A stretch of 64,000 nucleotides of DNA from Pelomyxa schiedti. Taxonomy: Eukaryota > Protista > Evosea. Below the pieces are notes generated by a model. That model was not told where the DNA came from. It worked only from the letters and a program-made list of their open reading frames with translations, and searched no databases. Shown here piece after piece: positions 10,233-28,393 of the stretch; the stretch's first letter is position 1, and the number at the start of each line of letters is the position of its first letter. The position numbers and the translations under genes are program-made. Where the stretch lies: NCBI GenBank assembly GCA_020536535.1, contig JAHLWZ010000562.1, forward strand, positions 33,551 to 97,550, read 5' to 3'.

Positions 10233-13075
10233 ATGTCGAAGAAAGTCGCGTGCACCGAGTCGGACGATGTTGTGGACGAGGCAGATGACGTAAAGGTTGT
10301 GGTCAGCAAGTCTAAATCAAAGTCAGTAAGCATAGAAGTGGCGAAGGAATCTGCAGCGGCGACATGCATTACCACATCTACATCTACGAGTTCGTCGTCG
10401 GCGTCTTCGGCGTCTGCCGCGGCGCCGTCGGCACCTCCTATGACGCTGATCTTAAAGACGCCATCTGGGAAAGCCGTGTCTGTGGACGTTCCGCCCTCTG
10501 AAACTATTGGGGCACTGAGGACACGAGCGTGCGCTCTGGCGGGAGGTTCAGTTCCGAAGTCACGTGCCACCCTTGTCATCAGGGGAGGCAAGGTATCTAT
10601 TGTCTCCGATTTGGCTTTGGGAGTAATTTCCTTTCTTTCTCGCTTATCTGTAAATGAATAGGAGTTGACGGATAACTCATTGAGCATCGTTGCTGCTGGC
10701 TTGTCAAATGAGTGCACTGTCACCCTGAAAATTGCCGACCCACCTCCGATAGTGTGTAACCCTCCAGCTTCACTAGTAATAATAATATCTCAAGGGTCCT
10801 GACATTGAAGTAATGATCAAAATGGCCAGCGGGGAATGTTTCCAGCAGCAAATTAACGGGATAAATGACGTGCTAGATCTGCGATCCCGTGTGGCAACCC
10901 ATGCTTCCGTGGCAGTTGACCGGGTTACCTTATCACTTGCCGGCACCGAACTTACAAACGGAACTACATGCAGCGATGCCGGGCTTGTTCGTGAATGTGT
11001 AATCAACGCTGTTGTGAAAGAGGCTCCACCGACTCCAGCGGCCCCGCCACCAATAGGTGGAATGTCGGAAGAAGAGAAACAGGCACTATTAAACAGTTTT
11101 GCTGACAGTTCCAAGGTAATAGACATCCTCTTCTGCTTTGATACAACGGGTAAATCTTCTTTGCTTTTGTTGTGCAAGCCAAGTAAACTTAAAAAGGGAG
11201 CATGTATAGTGTACTCCAACAAGTACGGGATACTATTGAGCAAGCATGTGAGCGTCTTGTTAAAGAGATTAAAGGAATTCGTATAGCTATAATGGCTATT
11301 GGTGATTACTGTGATGGTGTAACCAACTATGTCACTGAGTACATTGATCTTTCAAATGACGCCAAAAAGCTCTCCAAATTTGTTCGTGAGGTAAAAGCTA
11401 CCAGTGGTGGGGATACTCCAGAAGCTTATGAATGGTTTGAACCTAAAATCGGTTTCGAGGAATTCACCAATAGTACAGGGGTCTGAGACAAGCGAGATCT
11501 CTGTCATGGAGACCTGACTCTTCCAAAGCACTTGTAATGATTGCGGATTCCCCACCTCATCCGCCGTCATATACGAAGGAGAAGATCTGGTGGAAGACCG
11601 AAGCAGACAAACTTGCACAAATAGGTGTAAAAATCTACGGTGTGCAAGCTATGCCAAATCCTCAATATAGAAGTTTCTTTGAGGAGCTTGCCAGGCGTAC
11701 GGGAGGACTGTATGTTCCGTTCAGCAACTTCAACTTAATTACCGAAATGTTCCTTGCTGGTACATATACTTTGGAATTATGTACGTTAACTTTACCCCAG
11801 TGTGTTACCGTGAGGCCAATAAAGCAAAGCTGGAGAAATTCGCTGCGGAAATGAAGGCAGATGGTAAAATGAACGAAGCAATGACTCAAATGATTGACAC
11901 ACTATCTCAGCCAGACATGGAAAAGAAAACGTAGTTTTCATGTTATTCTCCTCTCCTCTCTCATCACCTACTGTAGAAAAGACAAGAGTAAACCTAAAGA
12001 GTCGGAAACAACTTCCACAACAACCACTTCAGCCCCCAAAACACCTAAGTACAATCCAAGTTGCCATGAGGATTGGTGGTCCCGAAAAAATGATCATGGT
12101 TCCCCCCAGTACCGACTTGTGATGGGGAAGTGGCTTCCAACAACAAACATTCTTCCATCTTTCGAGGATATTGTGGATGGAATTTCCGACATATTGCCTT
12201 CCCTACCATCATTCTCATCTTCAACTCATTACTCTCCTCCTCCTACTGCATCTGGTACCGAACAAAAAATTGTTGTGTTGGGTGCTGGTGGTGTGGGCAA
12301 ATCTTCTATTGTGATTCAATACATCCAGAGCCACTTGTTTGTCTTCTATTGGGACCAATTTATAAAGCACTAACATCTTCCCTAGTATAGAGGAATATGA
12401 TCCAACCATTGAAGACTCTTATGTAAAAGAACTAGCATCTATTATGTACTAACTGTAAGTAGAGAAAGCAAGTTGTAGTAGATGGGTCTACTGTCATGTT
12501 GGATATCCTGGATACCGCAGGTATTTCCTTACTTTGTTGGTAGCAAGGTTTACTAATTCCCAGAAGGTCAAGAAGAGTTTTCTGCCATACGTGATCAGTG
12601 AGTCTCTTCTTATTTTTGCAAACTCTTACTATGCCAAGGTACATACGAACTGGAATGGGGTTTATTGTTGTCTATGCAGTGAACAGCCCGTCTTCATTTG
12701 ATGAAGCTCCAACCTTTCACGAGCAAATTCTAAGAATTAAGGATACTGACCAAGTTCCATGTAAGCTGTACTTTTTTGACTGCGAAATGATAACTCCGGG
12801 CAGGTGTTATCGTAGGAAACAAAATAGACCTGGAATCTGAAAGGAAAATAACCACAGCACAAGGAACGGAACTAGCCAAGAAGCTCAACGCGCCTTTCTT
12901 CGAGTCAAGTGCCAAAACGCGGATAAACATTGAGGAAACCTTCACAGGTTTTACCCCTTTTGTTGTGTCATAGGCTAACCTGGTGCCAGAGCTATCAAGG
13001 CAAATAACAGCCAAGGCCAAAGCACCCACACCCCCATCCAGTTCTTCTTCTTCAGGAGGCTGCCTTGTGTGTTGA
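10233..13075 (+). CDS. Ubiquitin-like x2 - vWA - Ras GTPase fusion ending in CaaX-like CLVC
   Basis: Ubl1: MTLILKTPSGKAVSVDVPPSETIGALR. Ubl2: VMIKMASGE..VDRVTLSLAGTEL. vWA: DILFCFDTTG|SM, GDYCD, GGDTPEAYE, IADSPPH. Ras: GAGGVGKS, YDPTIEDSY, DTAGQEEFSAIRDQY, GNKID, ESSAK. Ends GGCLVC-TGA. Confidence 0.8.
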
Positions 13076-13267
13076 ATTTCGACACCCTTTGTACTGTGTT
13101 TCAATAGCCCGAAAGGGAGAGAGAGAAAAAAAAAGCAAAACCTTACGATTTCATTTACCATTCGAATTCCTCGTTGGTTGGGGTAATGCCCTCAGTCCGA
13201 CAACTTTTTGATGGAAGACTGAGAAAGAGGAAAAAAGCAAAAATTTTAAAATAAGGAATCTTTGGTG

Positions 13268-14633
13268 ATGGTGCGCACTGCCACTACTTTTTTTTTCCCT
13301 CCTTTGTTTTATTGAACGTTGGGTTGTAATGTGGCCGTAGTCTCGACGATACGATACACGGACTACGATCTTTTCTCCGGAAGGTTGGTTTTTAACGCCC
13401 CTCTGTCTCTCATCGTATAGTTTCGCGTCGTTGTTTTGTTGTTTTTTTGGAGGTGGCAACACAAACGTGACTATGACTGACGTTTGAGTAAAGGGCGATT
13501 GTACCAAGTAGAGTATGCCATAGAGGCAATTTCTCATGCAGGAGCAGCTGTTGGTGTGCTGGCACGTGATGGAATTGTTTTGGCTGCTGAGAAGAAGTTG
13601 TCTGCAAAACTACTTGATCCTGGTCAATCCAGGTTTGCACCCGAAAAAGAACTAAACAAACCTACAAAAAAAATGGTCCTCAGAAGTATTTTGCAATTAA
13701 CACTACTTAATCTTTCATCTTTGTAACATTGTATCTCATAACCTTTCATATCCCAATGGGAGCCTTTTTTTTTTAATTCCAAAAAAGTGAGAAGATGTAC
13801 CTGATTGACAACCACATGGCATGTGCAGTAGCCGGTATTACTGCAGATGCAAACATCCTTGTAAGTTATCTTAGGCTGTCTTCACAACGGTGTGTTATTT
13901 TATCTAGATAAGTCTCAACATCTTACATTTACATCAGCTACTTATATCGATACAACGAGCTAATGCCAGTCGAGCAACTCATCCAGCAGGTGTGTGATTT
14001 GAAACAGTCGTATACACAGTTCGGAGGACTTCGCCCATTTGGTGTATCGTTCTTGTATGCAGGATGGGATGAACATTTTGGGTTCCAGTTGTATATGAGT
14101 GACCCAAGCGGCAACTATGGGGGGTGGAGAGCTACAGCAATAGGTTTGGTTTCATCATGCCATTTGTGAGCAGGGATAATATTGTTCCTTAATCAGGAGC
14201 CAATAATCAGGCTGCTCAATCGATCCTGAAGTCTGACTACAAAGAAGACATTAACCTCAACGAAGCCCTCAAGCTAGCTGTCAAAATTCTATCCAAGACA
14301 ATGGACTCCACCTCAATGTCAGCGGAAAAACGTACGGTCCCGCACACCACTTCACTCTTCAATCCTCAAACTCTCAAATCACCCCTACGCATAACATACC
14401 ACCCATCCCTTCACACTCCCAACTACCTATCGATCCACACTCAAAACCCGCACCTTCACTCCAATATCTCGCTTTCAAGTTCTAACACTAACACCCACAC
14501 AGTTGAAATCGGACACCTCACGCTGGATGCGGACGGCAACCCCAAGTTCCACTCCATGACACCAAAGGAGCTCGTTGCGCTCTTGGCCGAGTGCGAGGTA
14601 GCCGAGTCCACCACCACGTCCTCGTCGTCTTGA
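13268..14633 (+). CDS. PSMA4: 20S proteasome subunit alpha-3 (alpha type-4)
   Basis: ATG-only first coding exon, then [15 protein letters not shown]|[59 protein letters not shown]. Confidence 0.95.
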
Positions 14634-14825
14634 TCGAGTTAAATTTGGCTTTAATTTGCTTGCTTCGCCGGGTTTTTTTTTTGTTTTTTCATCGCAGATT
14701 CGTTGTCGTTCTGTGTCTGATCAGACAAACCCAAAAAAACGAAAAGATTTAGACAAATTAAAAAAACAAAAGAAACCCAACGACAACCATCAAAGAAACA
14801 AAAAACTCCCGAAGGGTCACGATCC

Positions 14826-15802
14826 ATGTCTACAGATATTGCACGTGAGTGCTCCACGCCATCCCACAATTCCACCTCACACCCTCTCCCTCTGCATTTA
14901 AAATGCACACGCTAACTTTTTTTTTTTTTTTTTCCATTCCTCTTTCTTACGGTTTGTAACACATACAATAATAACAGCTGAGTGTGGAAAATGTGGTGTA
15001 GCTGTTAGTAGCAATTACCTTACTGCCGTGGGCAAAAGGTGGCATGCAGCCTGTTTCGTGTGCGCTTCGTGCAACTCGGAGCTGTCTACAAACCCCTTCG
15101 TGAAAAAATCGTGTGCTTTCACACCCGCCTTCATCCCATATTTTCATTTTACTTGAGTAGTATCACCCTCGCCATTTTACTTATAATACTGTAGACCCTT
15201 ATTTCTCTTTTTTAACATAAACCTTCACTTTTTCTTAATTCTTATTCACAGCGATGGCGCGTTGTGGTGCGTGAGGTGCAATGACGACCACAAGCGCAGA
15301 ACTGCTCCCAAGTGTTCCAAATGCGGCATGGAGATTATGGATTCCCAGTACATTGAGGCTTCAGTATGCACCCAATTGAACATTCAGTGGCATTATGTTC
15401 TAACCAATAAATCAAAACCCTAGGGCAAGTCGTGGCACAAGTCATGCCTCTCTTGCGAGACCTGCAACACTCCCCTAACTGGGCGTTACTTCACAAAGAA
15501 GGGAAAGACCTACTGCCAGGAACACTATGACGAGCACTTCTCCCGAGACTGCCATACCTGTGGAAAGCGAGTCCTGCGTTCAACAGAACAGTGCATTAAA
15601 GCCGTATGCCCTTTTTTCTTTATGTGCTCCTTTTTCCTTTTTTTTTTTTCTGTTCTGTATTTATTCACACATTTTTCAGCTTGGACATGGATTCCATTCG
15701 ACTTGCTTTGTATGTGTCAGGTGCCACAAACAAATGGATGTATCCGACAAGTTCTATGAGGAACACGGCGCTCCCCTTTGTTTGGCTTGCCACGGCCCCT
15801 AG
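14826..15802 (+). CDS. Three-LIM-domain (paxillin-like) protein
   Basis: Spliced frames give CGKC..KRWHAACFVCASC..WCVRC; CSKC..KSWHKSCLSCETC..YCQEHY; CHTC..GFHSTCFVCVRC..LCLACH. Confidence 0.85.
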
Positions 15803-15986
15803 ACCATTCGTAATTCCTATTGTAACCCCAAGATAGCTAGAAAAAATAAAAAAGAGTAATTTCACCAATCTCCCTTTGTTCTTTCTTGTTACCACCTTTG
15901 TACCCCAAGACAAGAAAGTCGTAAAGATAAAGAAAAGAAAAATTGGTAGTGTTATAAGGTTGGGTTGAAATGTGTGTACTATTGTG

Positions 15987-18194
15987 TCACAGTGAGATAC
16001 CAAGCTTGAGCAGCTCCTGTTGGCAAACTGGGCCCTGTGCGAGGACTATGTGTGCCACTGCTTCACTGACACTCTCAATGATGCAGGCGTTGACCATCCC
16101 TCCGATGTCCAGCAAGTCCCTGATTGGCTCGGGGATGAGAGACTCGAGAGGGTCAATGACCTCCTTGATGAGGGGGATGACTACTTTCTGGATGGGAGCA
16201 AGGACTGGCCGCTTGACAAACTCAATAGCGTACTTGGATACCAGGAAGAGGATGTTCTTGCGGGCGCACTTCATGGCTTTGCGGTAACCAATGATGAAAG
16301 ACTCGTTGCACTTTGTTGGCCAGTCTCGGGTATCGCTTGCGTTGGTCATGGCGCCGTAGAGGTAGTCTCCAAACTTCCAGCTGAACTTCTTGAGCATGCG
16401 CTTGTGGATGTACTTCTGAATGTCGCAGGAGAGCTCCCAGAAAGCATCGGGTACAGGCCCAAGGTCAACCAGCAGAGTGGAAAGGTCCCACCAGAGCTCC
16501 CTTCCTGCACTCCTAATCTCATACCCGCGCCACCTGGTGCGCCATGCGGCGTCCCACTCCTCCCAGTCCAACTTCTGTTGTACTTCGTCAATCTTGGAGG
16601 GGTCTGCGGTTTTGGCGATCTCGTCTTTTTGCTTCATCAAGAAGACGATTACGTCCATGTAGTTCTCGGGGTCGATCAACTCAATGAGGGAGTTGGCGAT
16701 ATCGATGATCTTAGAGAATGGAGAAAGAAGAAGCTTCAGTGCATCGTGAGCAAGATCCTTGCTGCACTCCCCAACCATGGCTTCAATCTGCTTTTGAATA
16801 GCATCCTCCATCTTCTTGTAAACATGCTTCTTGGTATCATGGACTATGTCACGAATATCACGTGCCTTCTCAATATCCATAGTCATAATGGCATCGTTCA
16901 ATTTGGTGTTAATGTCGGGAGCTTTCTCCACGGCGGGTTGAAGAGATTCAACGAGAGGAGGGATAAGCTGCCTGAGGATGTTGCCCACAACCCGTTCAAT
17001 CTGTTCCACGATGGGGGCAAGTGCTGCAGCCATACCACTCTTAATCTTGCCCTTAATTTCGGCTTTCACTTGGACGATTTTGTCAAACTGTTGCCCGAGG
17101 ACCTCCTCTACTTTCTTCCTGAGAGGCTTTGCTTGCTCGGCAGCAGCATTCCACGTCGCGGTAACGACGGGACCAACTGTAACACTTACTGACCTACAAA
17201 ACATAAGGGACGAAATACAAAAAAAAATTGATGGAACCTGTAAGCTAATTTAAGAGCGACCTTCCTGGCGGCTTCGGAGGGTGGGCACGCCTGGACAATG
17301 TCGTACCACATTTCCTTTCGAATTTCCTCAACGACCAGCTTGGAAATGGCCTCGCCTTGGGTGTCCCAAACAATCTTCTTCCAAACCCAAAGGTCCCATT
17401 TCGTCCGTTCAATAGCGGCATCGAAGACCTTATCACCAAGAGGATCATCGGATTTTACTGAAAAGCGTCAGGACAGAGATGAAGGAAATGAACGCAAACC
17501 TAATCCAAGGAATTTAAGAAGCTCTGGCTCTTTGGTGAGAGCCTCCACCTCAGTCAAAGACTTGAGGTAATGAGTAAGACTCTTCTTTCGATCTTTGAGG
17601 AACTCCTTATGTAAGTTGCGGGCGCCGAAAGCAGAGCTTGCACCAGGGAGACGAGCATCAGCTGGCACCTTCTTGCCAAGCTGTTCACGGGGTAAGGCCA
17701 CAGAAAGGTGAAAAAACAATCGACCTTCTTGTTAAGCAACTTGAATTCCTTGTACCTTCTGCTCTTGGTGGCTTCTCTTGTCTTGTAGCTTGCAACGACA
17801 ATGTAACTCTAGTGCCACAAAGAAGAAAAATTAAGTAAAAAGGGTAAGTTGACATTAACAGGCATACCACGTAGGGATCAATATCCTCATCGAGCTTTTC
17901 CCAATTAGCAACCTTGGCAGACAGTTTGTCTTTGTTTTTCTTAGTTGGCTTGGTGCCTCTTGGTCTTCGGGGCTTTTGTTCAGTTGGGCCACGTGCAGCC
18001 CTCTTTTCTTCACGGAGGCGTTTCTCCTCCTCTTTGCGCTGTTTTTTCTCTGCGTTTTCAATGAGTTCGTCTTTGAGGCAGTTGAGGTAGTTTGAAGTAA
18101 AACGCCCTCCAACGCGTTGTGCAATTTGCTTAATGGTCTCGAGCTTTCCCGCGTCCACCGGGTTGCTCGGTTTCAAACTGGACAAGAACGACAT
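15987..18194 (-). CDS. PX-domain protein with a Niban/FAM129-like helical C-terminal region
   Basis: PX motifs SRRYKEFKLL, LPGASSAFGARNLHKEFLKDRKKSLTHYL..LLKFLGL. A 405-aa helical exon ends ESLIPEPIRDLLDI..LGISL*. Confidence 0.65.
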
Positions 18195-18701
18195 GGATCT
18201 GTTTGCAAAGATGTCGGAAAATTATACGATACGCACCACGCAACGTGCGGGAAAGGGAAAAAAAAAAAAAAAGCGTCCCCGAGACTCGACCCGCGTGTGG
18301 TTGTTTCTTGGTAAGTGTGTGGTTTGTGCGTGAGATCTTCGGCGTCGTTTTTGATGTCCGTTGTCCTTACCTTGTGGTTGTTGAGGGGGTTTTTCTTTTC
18401 TTTTTGTGTTTTCTTTTTTTTTCCTTTTCGTGCGGTGTGCACAGGGCGTAAAAATGGTATTTCCAAAAAGGAACAGAAGACCACAATTGCTCGGACACGT
18501 TCGTTTTTAGATCTCTCAGTCCCCTAGGGGCCTGCTGCTGCCTCCAAGCCAATTTGGTGCTCTCTGGAGCGCGAAAGCTAAATTAGCATCCACCATTTCT
18601 CTTGAAACTCGCCTCCCTAATTAAAATCACTGTCGCTTCGCCAAAAAAACAAAAAAAAACCGTCCACAAGCAAGTATTCGAGAGACGTTGGGAACGAAAC
18701 A

Positions 18702-23494
<4,793 letters not shown>

Positions 23495-23615
23495 TGGGTG
23501 CTCTGTTCCTTCTCAGATGTAACCATAAGAACGTAAAAAAAAAACCAGCACATAAGTCAACCCTATCGTTTTTTTTTTCGAAAATCCAAGTTTTATGTAA
23601 CGTAATGACCCCTGT

Positions 23616-25722
23616 CTAATGGGTTTGCTTCTTCCTCTTGAGGCCGAGTACTGCATCCAGGAAGGTGCATTTGTTCAGAGCACAACCGGCTGCATTAACT
23701 CCACAAATAAGAGCCCCAGGAACTCCACCGAATTCCACTTGTTCTCCAGCAACAAGTAGACCAGTACAGTGAGCCAATCTGCACTGGGGCTTGTGGTTCT
23801 TGGCCCAGTCGAAATTGAGCCTCATAGCATACGAAGCCCCGGGGTCTTTGCCGAGCCAGTGAAGGGTTGAGAGTGGGGTTCCGAATTCCACGTGTTTCAG
23901 GTGGTCTTTGCATTGAGGCCGGGCTGCGATTAGCCGTTCTATCATGGCATCTATGTTGGGAGTGAGGGCTAATGGTAACCGGATTGTGAGGGGAAGCTAC
24001 AGACCTCCCAGCTGCGATTTGAATTTGAGGTATTCTGCTGGCCGGCTCCTAAATTTAGTTTCTTCCCACTCGGCAAACCAACTGTAGGGAGTCATGACAA
24101 TTCCAACCAGAGATGTGAAATTGCTGTTGCTTGCCAGTTTCGCCTCGGTGCAGTAAAAGCCAAGGGGCATGTAATCGAACAACTCGCGCACATCATCTGG
24201 CCTTTTCTCTGGCAAATTGAACTATCCAGAGTAAGTACATGTAAGCTCGAAGTGGTAACTTACCGGTGTGTCCAGTTTGGCTGTAAATACATCTTTATTT
24301 GGTAATACGCACATAGTGGGAGACAAGCCAAGATTGTTCCAATTATCATCCAGCCCCACAAAGCAACAAGAATATCCTATTCCATATTCTTCAGATTTAG
24401 GTACATACGACATAAACTTCCCAGCGCCCTACACAGGAGATATTCAGTACTTATTGGAGGGTACCCCATACCATCGACGCTGTGTTGGCAAATCCAATAG
24501 TGCTAATGACACAGTCAGCAGAATACTGTTCACCAGATTTTGTTTCGACTCCGGTGCATTTAGACCCAGAGAACAGGAACTAAATTATAGCGGGTAAACC
24601 ACTACTTACACAAGATTGTCTTGTTACCTTAGTTACTTTGCACGAGGTTTTGATTGCGCCTCCGCGATTGCGGATTCCTTCAAGCATAGCGCTGGCAATT
24701 GCTGGACCACCTCCTATTGGGTATGATCGAGTAAAAGTGCCCCAGGTCATTGCCAGACCTGCATTGGCTGGCATTTCGCTTGGACAAGTAGCCAGGACGT
24801 TGCAGGAAGACAGCCCAAGAATATGCCTCAGCTGCACATTACTTGTCAAATCTGTGCAATACTTGGATGTGTTACTATCTTTTTTTTGGTGGGAATAATA
24901 CTTGTTTCCACGTAGTAGATGTTAAAGTTGAGCCAAATATCGCCCATTTGATCTTCAACAAAGCCCTGAGGAGGAATGGAAATTCATTCAATGCAGAACG
25001 GAGAACAAGTTCACTTCCAGCAATGCTTCCGATACTACGTACGAGGGTAAAATGCTTTGTGATAGCTGCACTTTCAGTGGGAAATTTCTCTTTGAGGTAT
25101 CTTTCACGTGCGTCTCCTTCAAGAGGATTGTGAATCTCATTTGTGACTTTGCCACTCGGATCCAGGGAGTAGAAAGAACCCAGGGTTGCGTTGTGCCATT
25201 CATATTGCACCTTATTTTCACAAAGAGTATGCATGATAAACGACTTCAAATCATCACCTCTCAGCATAGAACCATCCAGGCAATGTAAGCCAACTTCGAA
25301 AGAATAAGGTCCCCTCTGTTCAAGCATTAGCCCACGAAACTCCACATTATAATTAATGGTCAGCAAGTTAAATTTGGATTTTCTTTAAGAATGAGAACCC
25401 TGGGCAAACTAACCTTGAAAACATACATTGAACCACCAGGACTGTGATGTTGTTCGAGAATCAAAACTCTCTTCCCGGCTCTACTCAGTACTGATGCCGC
25501 AGCCAAACCGCTCACCCCTGACCCCACTACTATCACATCCCACAATTTGCTCTCGTTCGAAGTGGCGGTGGCACTACTTGAAGCCTTCGATTCCCGCGTG
25601 TTCGAGTGCTCCATGAACAGAGAGTGTGAGGAAACAAACCAGCGGGAAAAAAGCTTGGCGAGGAGTATCAGTGCCAGGCCTGATGAGCCCAACAGAAGCA
25701 CCAGGTCCCACCAGGCTCCCAT
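23616..25722 (-). CDS. All-trans-retinol saturase (RetSat)/phytoene desaturase-like FAD oxidoreductase with an N-terminal membrane anchor
   Basis: Hydrophobic N-terminus; WDVIVVGSGVSGLAAASVLSRAGKRVLILEQHHSPGG (Rossmann plus GG motif); FEVGLH; YPIGGGPAIA; GTPLS..GASYA; LLVAGEQVEFGGVPGAL. Confidence 0.85.
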
Positions 25723-26105
25723 TTTTATTCAGGAATATCAGTAAAGAAAGGAGGGGGAAAAAAAACTCGAAGGGAGTTCCTCTGTTGCGAGTTCGGTTCT
25801 CTCCACCCACTGGAAAAGGTGAAGGTTTGTGTGGCTGGTACATCACCGCACACAGCGAGATTTGATGGAGATGGCGCTGCCACCTGCCGCAAATAGGAAG
25901 ATTGCAATGAAGTTTCACAACGATTCACTCCGTGATTGAGAAAGACTCGGCGATGACAAACGCCGACAAGACGAACCCTATTTTTAACGTCCTGGAAAGG
26001 ATTTTCCCTCTTTTTAAGTACAGGAAAGAAAAAACTGTCAAAGTCGAAAAAACCAGAAAGGAAAACCTCTACAACAGAAAGAAGGACAAACGGTTTGACA
26101 CAGCC

Positions 26106-28324
26106 ATGAGTGGCTCAACATCATCTGACGAAGAGGTGCATGCAACTCCTATTGTAATTGTAGCTGGCCCAGACCTTGACACTGGTTGGTACTCAACGGG
26201 TTAATAAAGTGATAAGTAATAACTGTACAGTGGATGGAGAAGGGGATTTAACCTAAATATCTCAGATTTCACTTCAAAGTCTCATTTACTTGTTGATGGG
26301 AAGGAAGCCAGCATAGCCTTTCTGCGGGAATACTTTAGGAATGGAAAGGTTACACATGAGTCTTACATTTCTCGATTTCTTAAACACACTAGGATGCAGC
26401 GAGGGCCGATAAAACTGTCAGAAATAAGCAAGGGTACTTGTCACTCTCTGGAGTATACTTGAAACAGTTCCTCCATAAGAACAGAGGCGAAGCTGGAGCT
26501 GCAACTGTTATACACTATTTCAATGACTCTACAGCTGCGGCCTATGACAGGGCAGTTGCAAGTGCTTCAGTGCTGCTAATCAGCACCACTCTGATGCCCA
26601 CTTGGAGCTTTGTAGAATCCCTGGCTGATAGGGCCAAGAGAATCAATCCAACTATCACGGTTATCGCTGGTGGTGTAAGTGTGTACAAGTAAGTAACTGC
26701 ATCCTATTTCTTTATCGGTATTAAGTCTCCTTCAGGATAGCCAAAGCAAGGAAGATGCTAGACGCAGGCCTTTTTGAGGCAACTCCCAAGCTGAGGGAGT
26801 TCTGGAAGTTTCTTATGAAACCGTACCAATCCAAAATTGACTTTGCAATTGCAAGTGTAGCCGGGGAACAGATTTTGTTGACTCTCCTGGACTGTTTGGA
26901 GCAGGTATGGATCTGTTTGTACTGGAAGAGAGTAGTCTAACTTCTTTGTTAAGGGATCTGATGCCTGGAAAACCATGCCAAATGTGATATGGTACGATCC
27001 CTCGGTTGGGGATTTTCATATGAATGAGCGTGAGTCCTTCCACATTATTAATAACCTTAGTAATGATTCAATTCCGTTAGTTGTGGAAGAAAAGTCTTCA
27101 GACTGTGAGGTTGATTGGTCGCGAGAAAAGTGCCCTGAAGGGAGTATTTACCCAGTGCAGGCTGGGCAAGGATGCCCATACAAGTAAACTTTTCTGTCGT
27201 GACGCTGGGTCTAAATAAAGTTTGAAGGTGTGGCTTTTGCGATTTTGTTGCTCTAGAACCTGTTGTGTATCGATGCAACACCAATGCTGTCATGAATACT
27301 GTGAGAAGCATCCCCTTATACAAAGGGCATAGACGAGTAAGTTTGTCTTTTTCTTTCCAATCTAAATCATTTAAGGTGTGGTTTACAAATGATAACTTGT
27401 TGGTCACACGCTCAGTGGCAGTGAATTTCCTCACAGAACTCATTCGACAGGATTTGCACTGTCGGTGGTACTCCTTCTTGAGGTTAGATAGACAGGACAT
27501 GTTAATCACTACCAACATATCAATTTCAGACTTGACGCTGTTGCCGATGCAGAACTGGCCGATTTAATTGCACAGTCGGGTTGTGAAAGGGCCAATTTTG
27601 GATTGGAGAGTGGAGATCAAACGATCCTTGACAATATGGAAAAACATTGCCGTGTTGAGGTTGTTTTCCATGCCAAATATGTTGTTACTTAATCTCAGCA
27701 GGACATTCCACGTGGTATCAATTTCCTCCTGGAACGGAACATAATTGTGCGTGTATCCGTAATTGTGGGATATCCAGGAGAGACAAAGGAAACGATCATG
27801 AAGACAGTGAAACTTGTCAATAGTATCCAAGATACCGGAGTGTTTGAGGTGAAGGTACGAATTTCCAAGAATGACAAAAAAAAAAGTCGTTTTCGCTCAT
27901 GCTTTCTTTCCAAAAGGTGTTCCCGCTTGGAATTTTCCCAATGGCGCCGATTTCGACTCGGCAACAGAGGCAAAGATGGGGACTGCAAGGAATAGGACTT
28001 GTGTGGAAACATGACACAATGACATCAACTGAGGCGGCATTCTACGCCGACAAGTTCGACGACTGGATCAGGCCCACAATTGGCTCCGTCTACTGCGCCG
28101 AGAACTGCTTCTTCTTCGACGTTGCAGACCCAGCAGCCAGAAGGACGGTGATCGTACTCCGAAACATTGTACACTCCGATCATTTTTCCCCCTGCAGTTT
28201 GATGGTTTCTTTAACCAAAATGAAACAGCTGAGGAGGCGCTCAAGGGGAAACAGAGAGGACGGGGATCCAAGGACAGACGAGCAAATCTGGGCAGCCCTT
28301 GAGGAAGTTTTGACTGCGAACTAA
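26106..28324 (+). CDS. Cobalamin-binding (class B) radical SAM enzyme, PhpK-like; intron-rich
   Basis: B12-binding domain: LSGVYLKQFL..LLISTTLM..AKRINPTITVIAGGV. Linker: GEQILLTLL..MPNVIW..VDWS. CxxxCxxC is GCPYK|CGFC, split by an intron. Also WFTNDNL, WYSFLR, GLESGDQTILDNMEK, IVGYPGET, WKHDTM. Confidence 0.85.
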
Positions 28325-28393
28325 AGTCTCTCCCTCTTTGTTTTAAATAGAAATTTTTGGAGATTTGCCTTTGGGTTTTTGTTCTGTTTCCTT

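Noticed and set aside
16020-17192. 390-aa plus-strand ORF
   Set aside because: Antisense shadow of the PX/Niban-like exon; no recognisable motifs.
26106-28324. Bacterial or endosymbiont contamination as the source of the radical SAM gene
   Set aside because: It carries multiple host-type GT-AG introns and is flanked by intron-containing eukaryotic genes.
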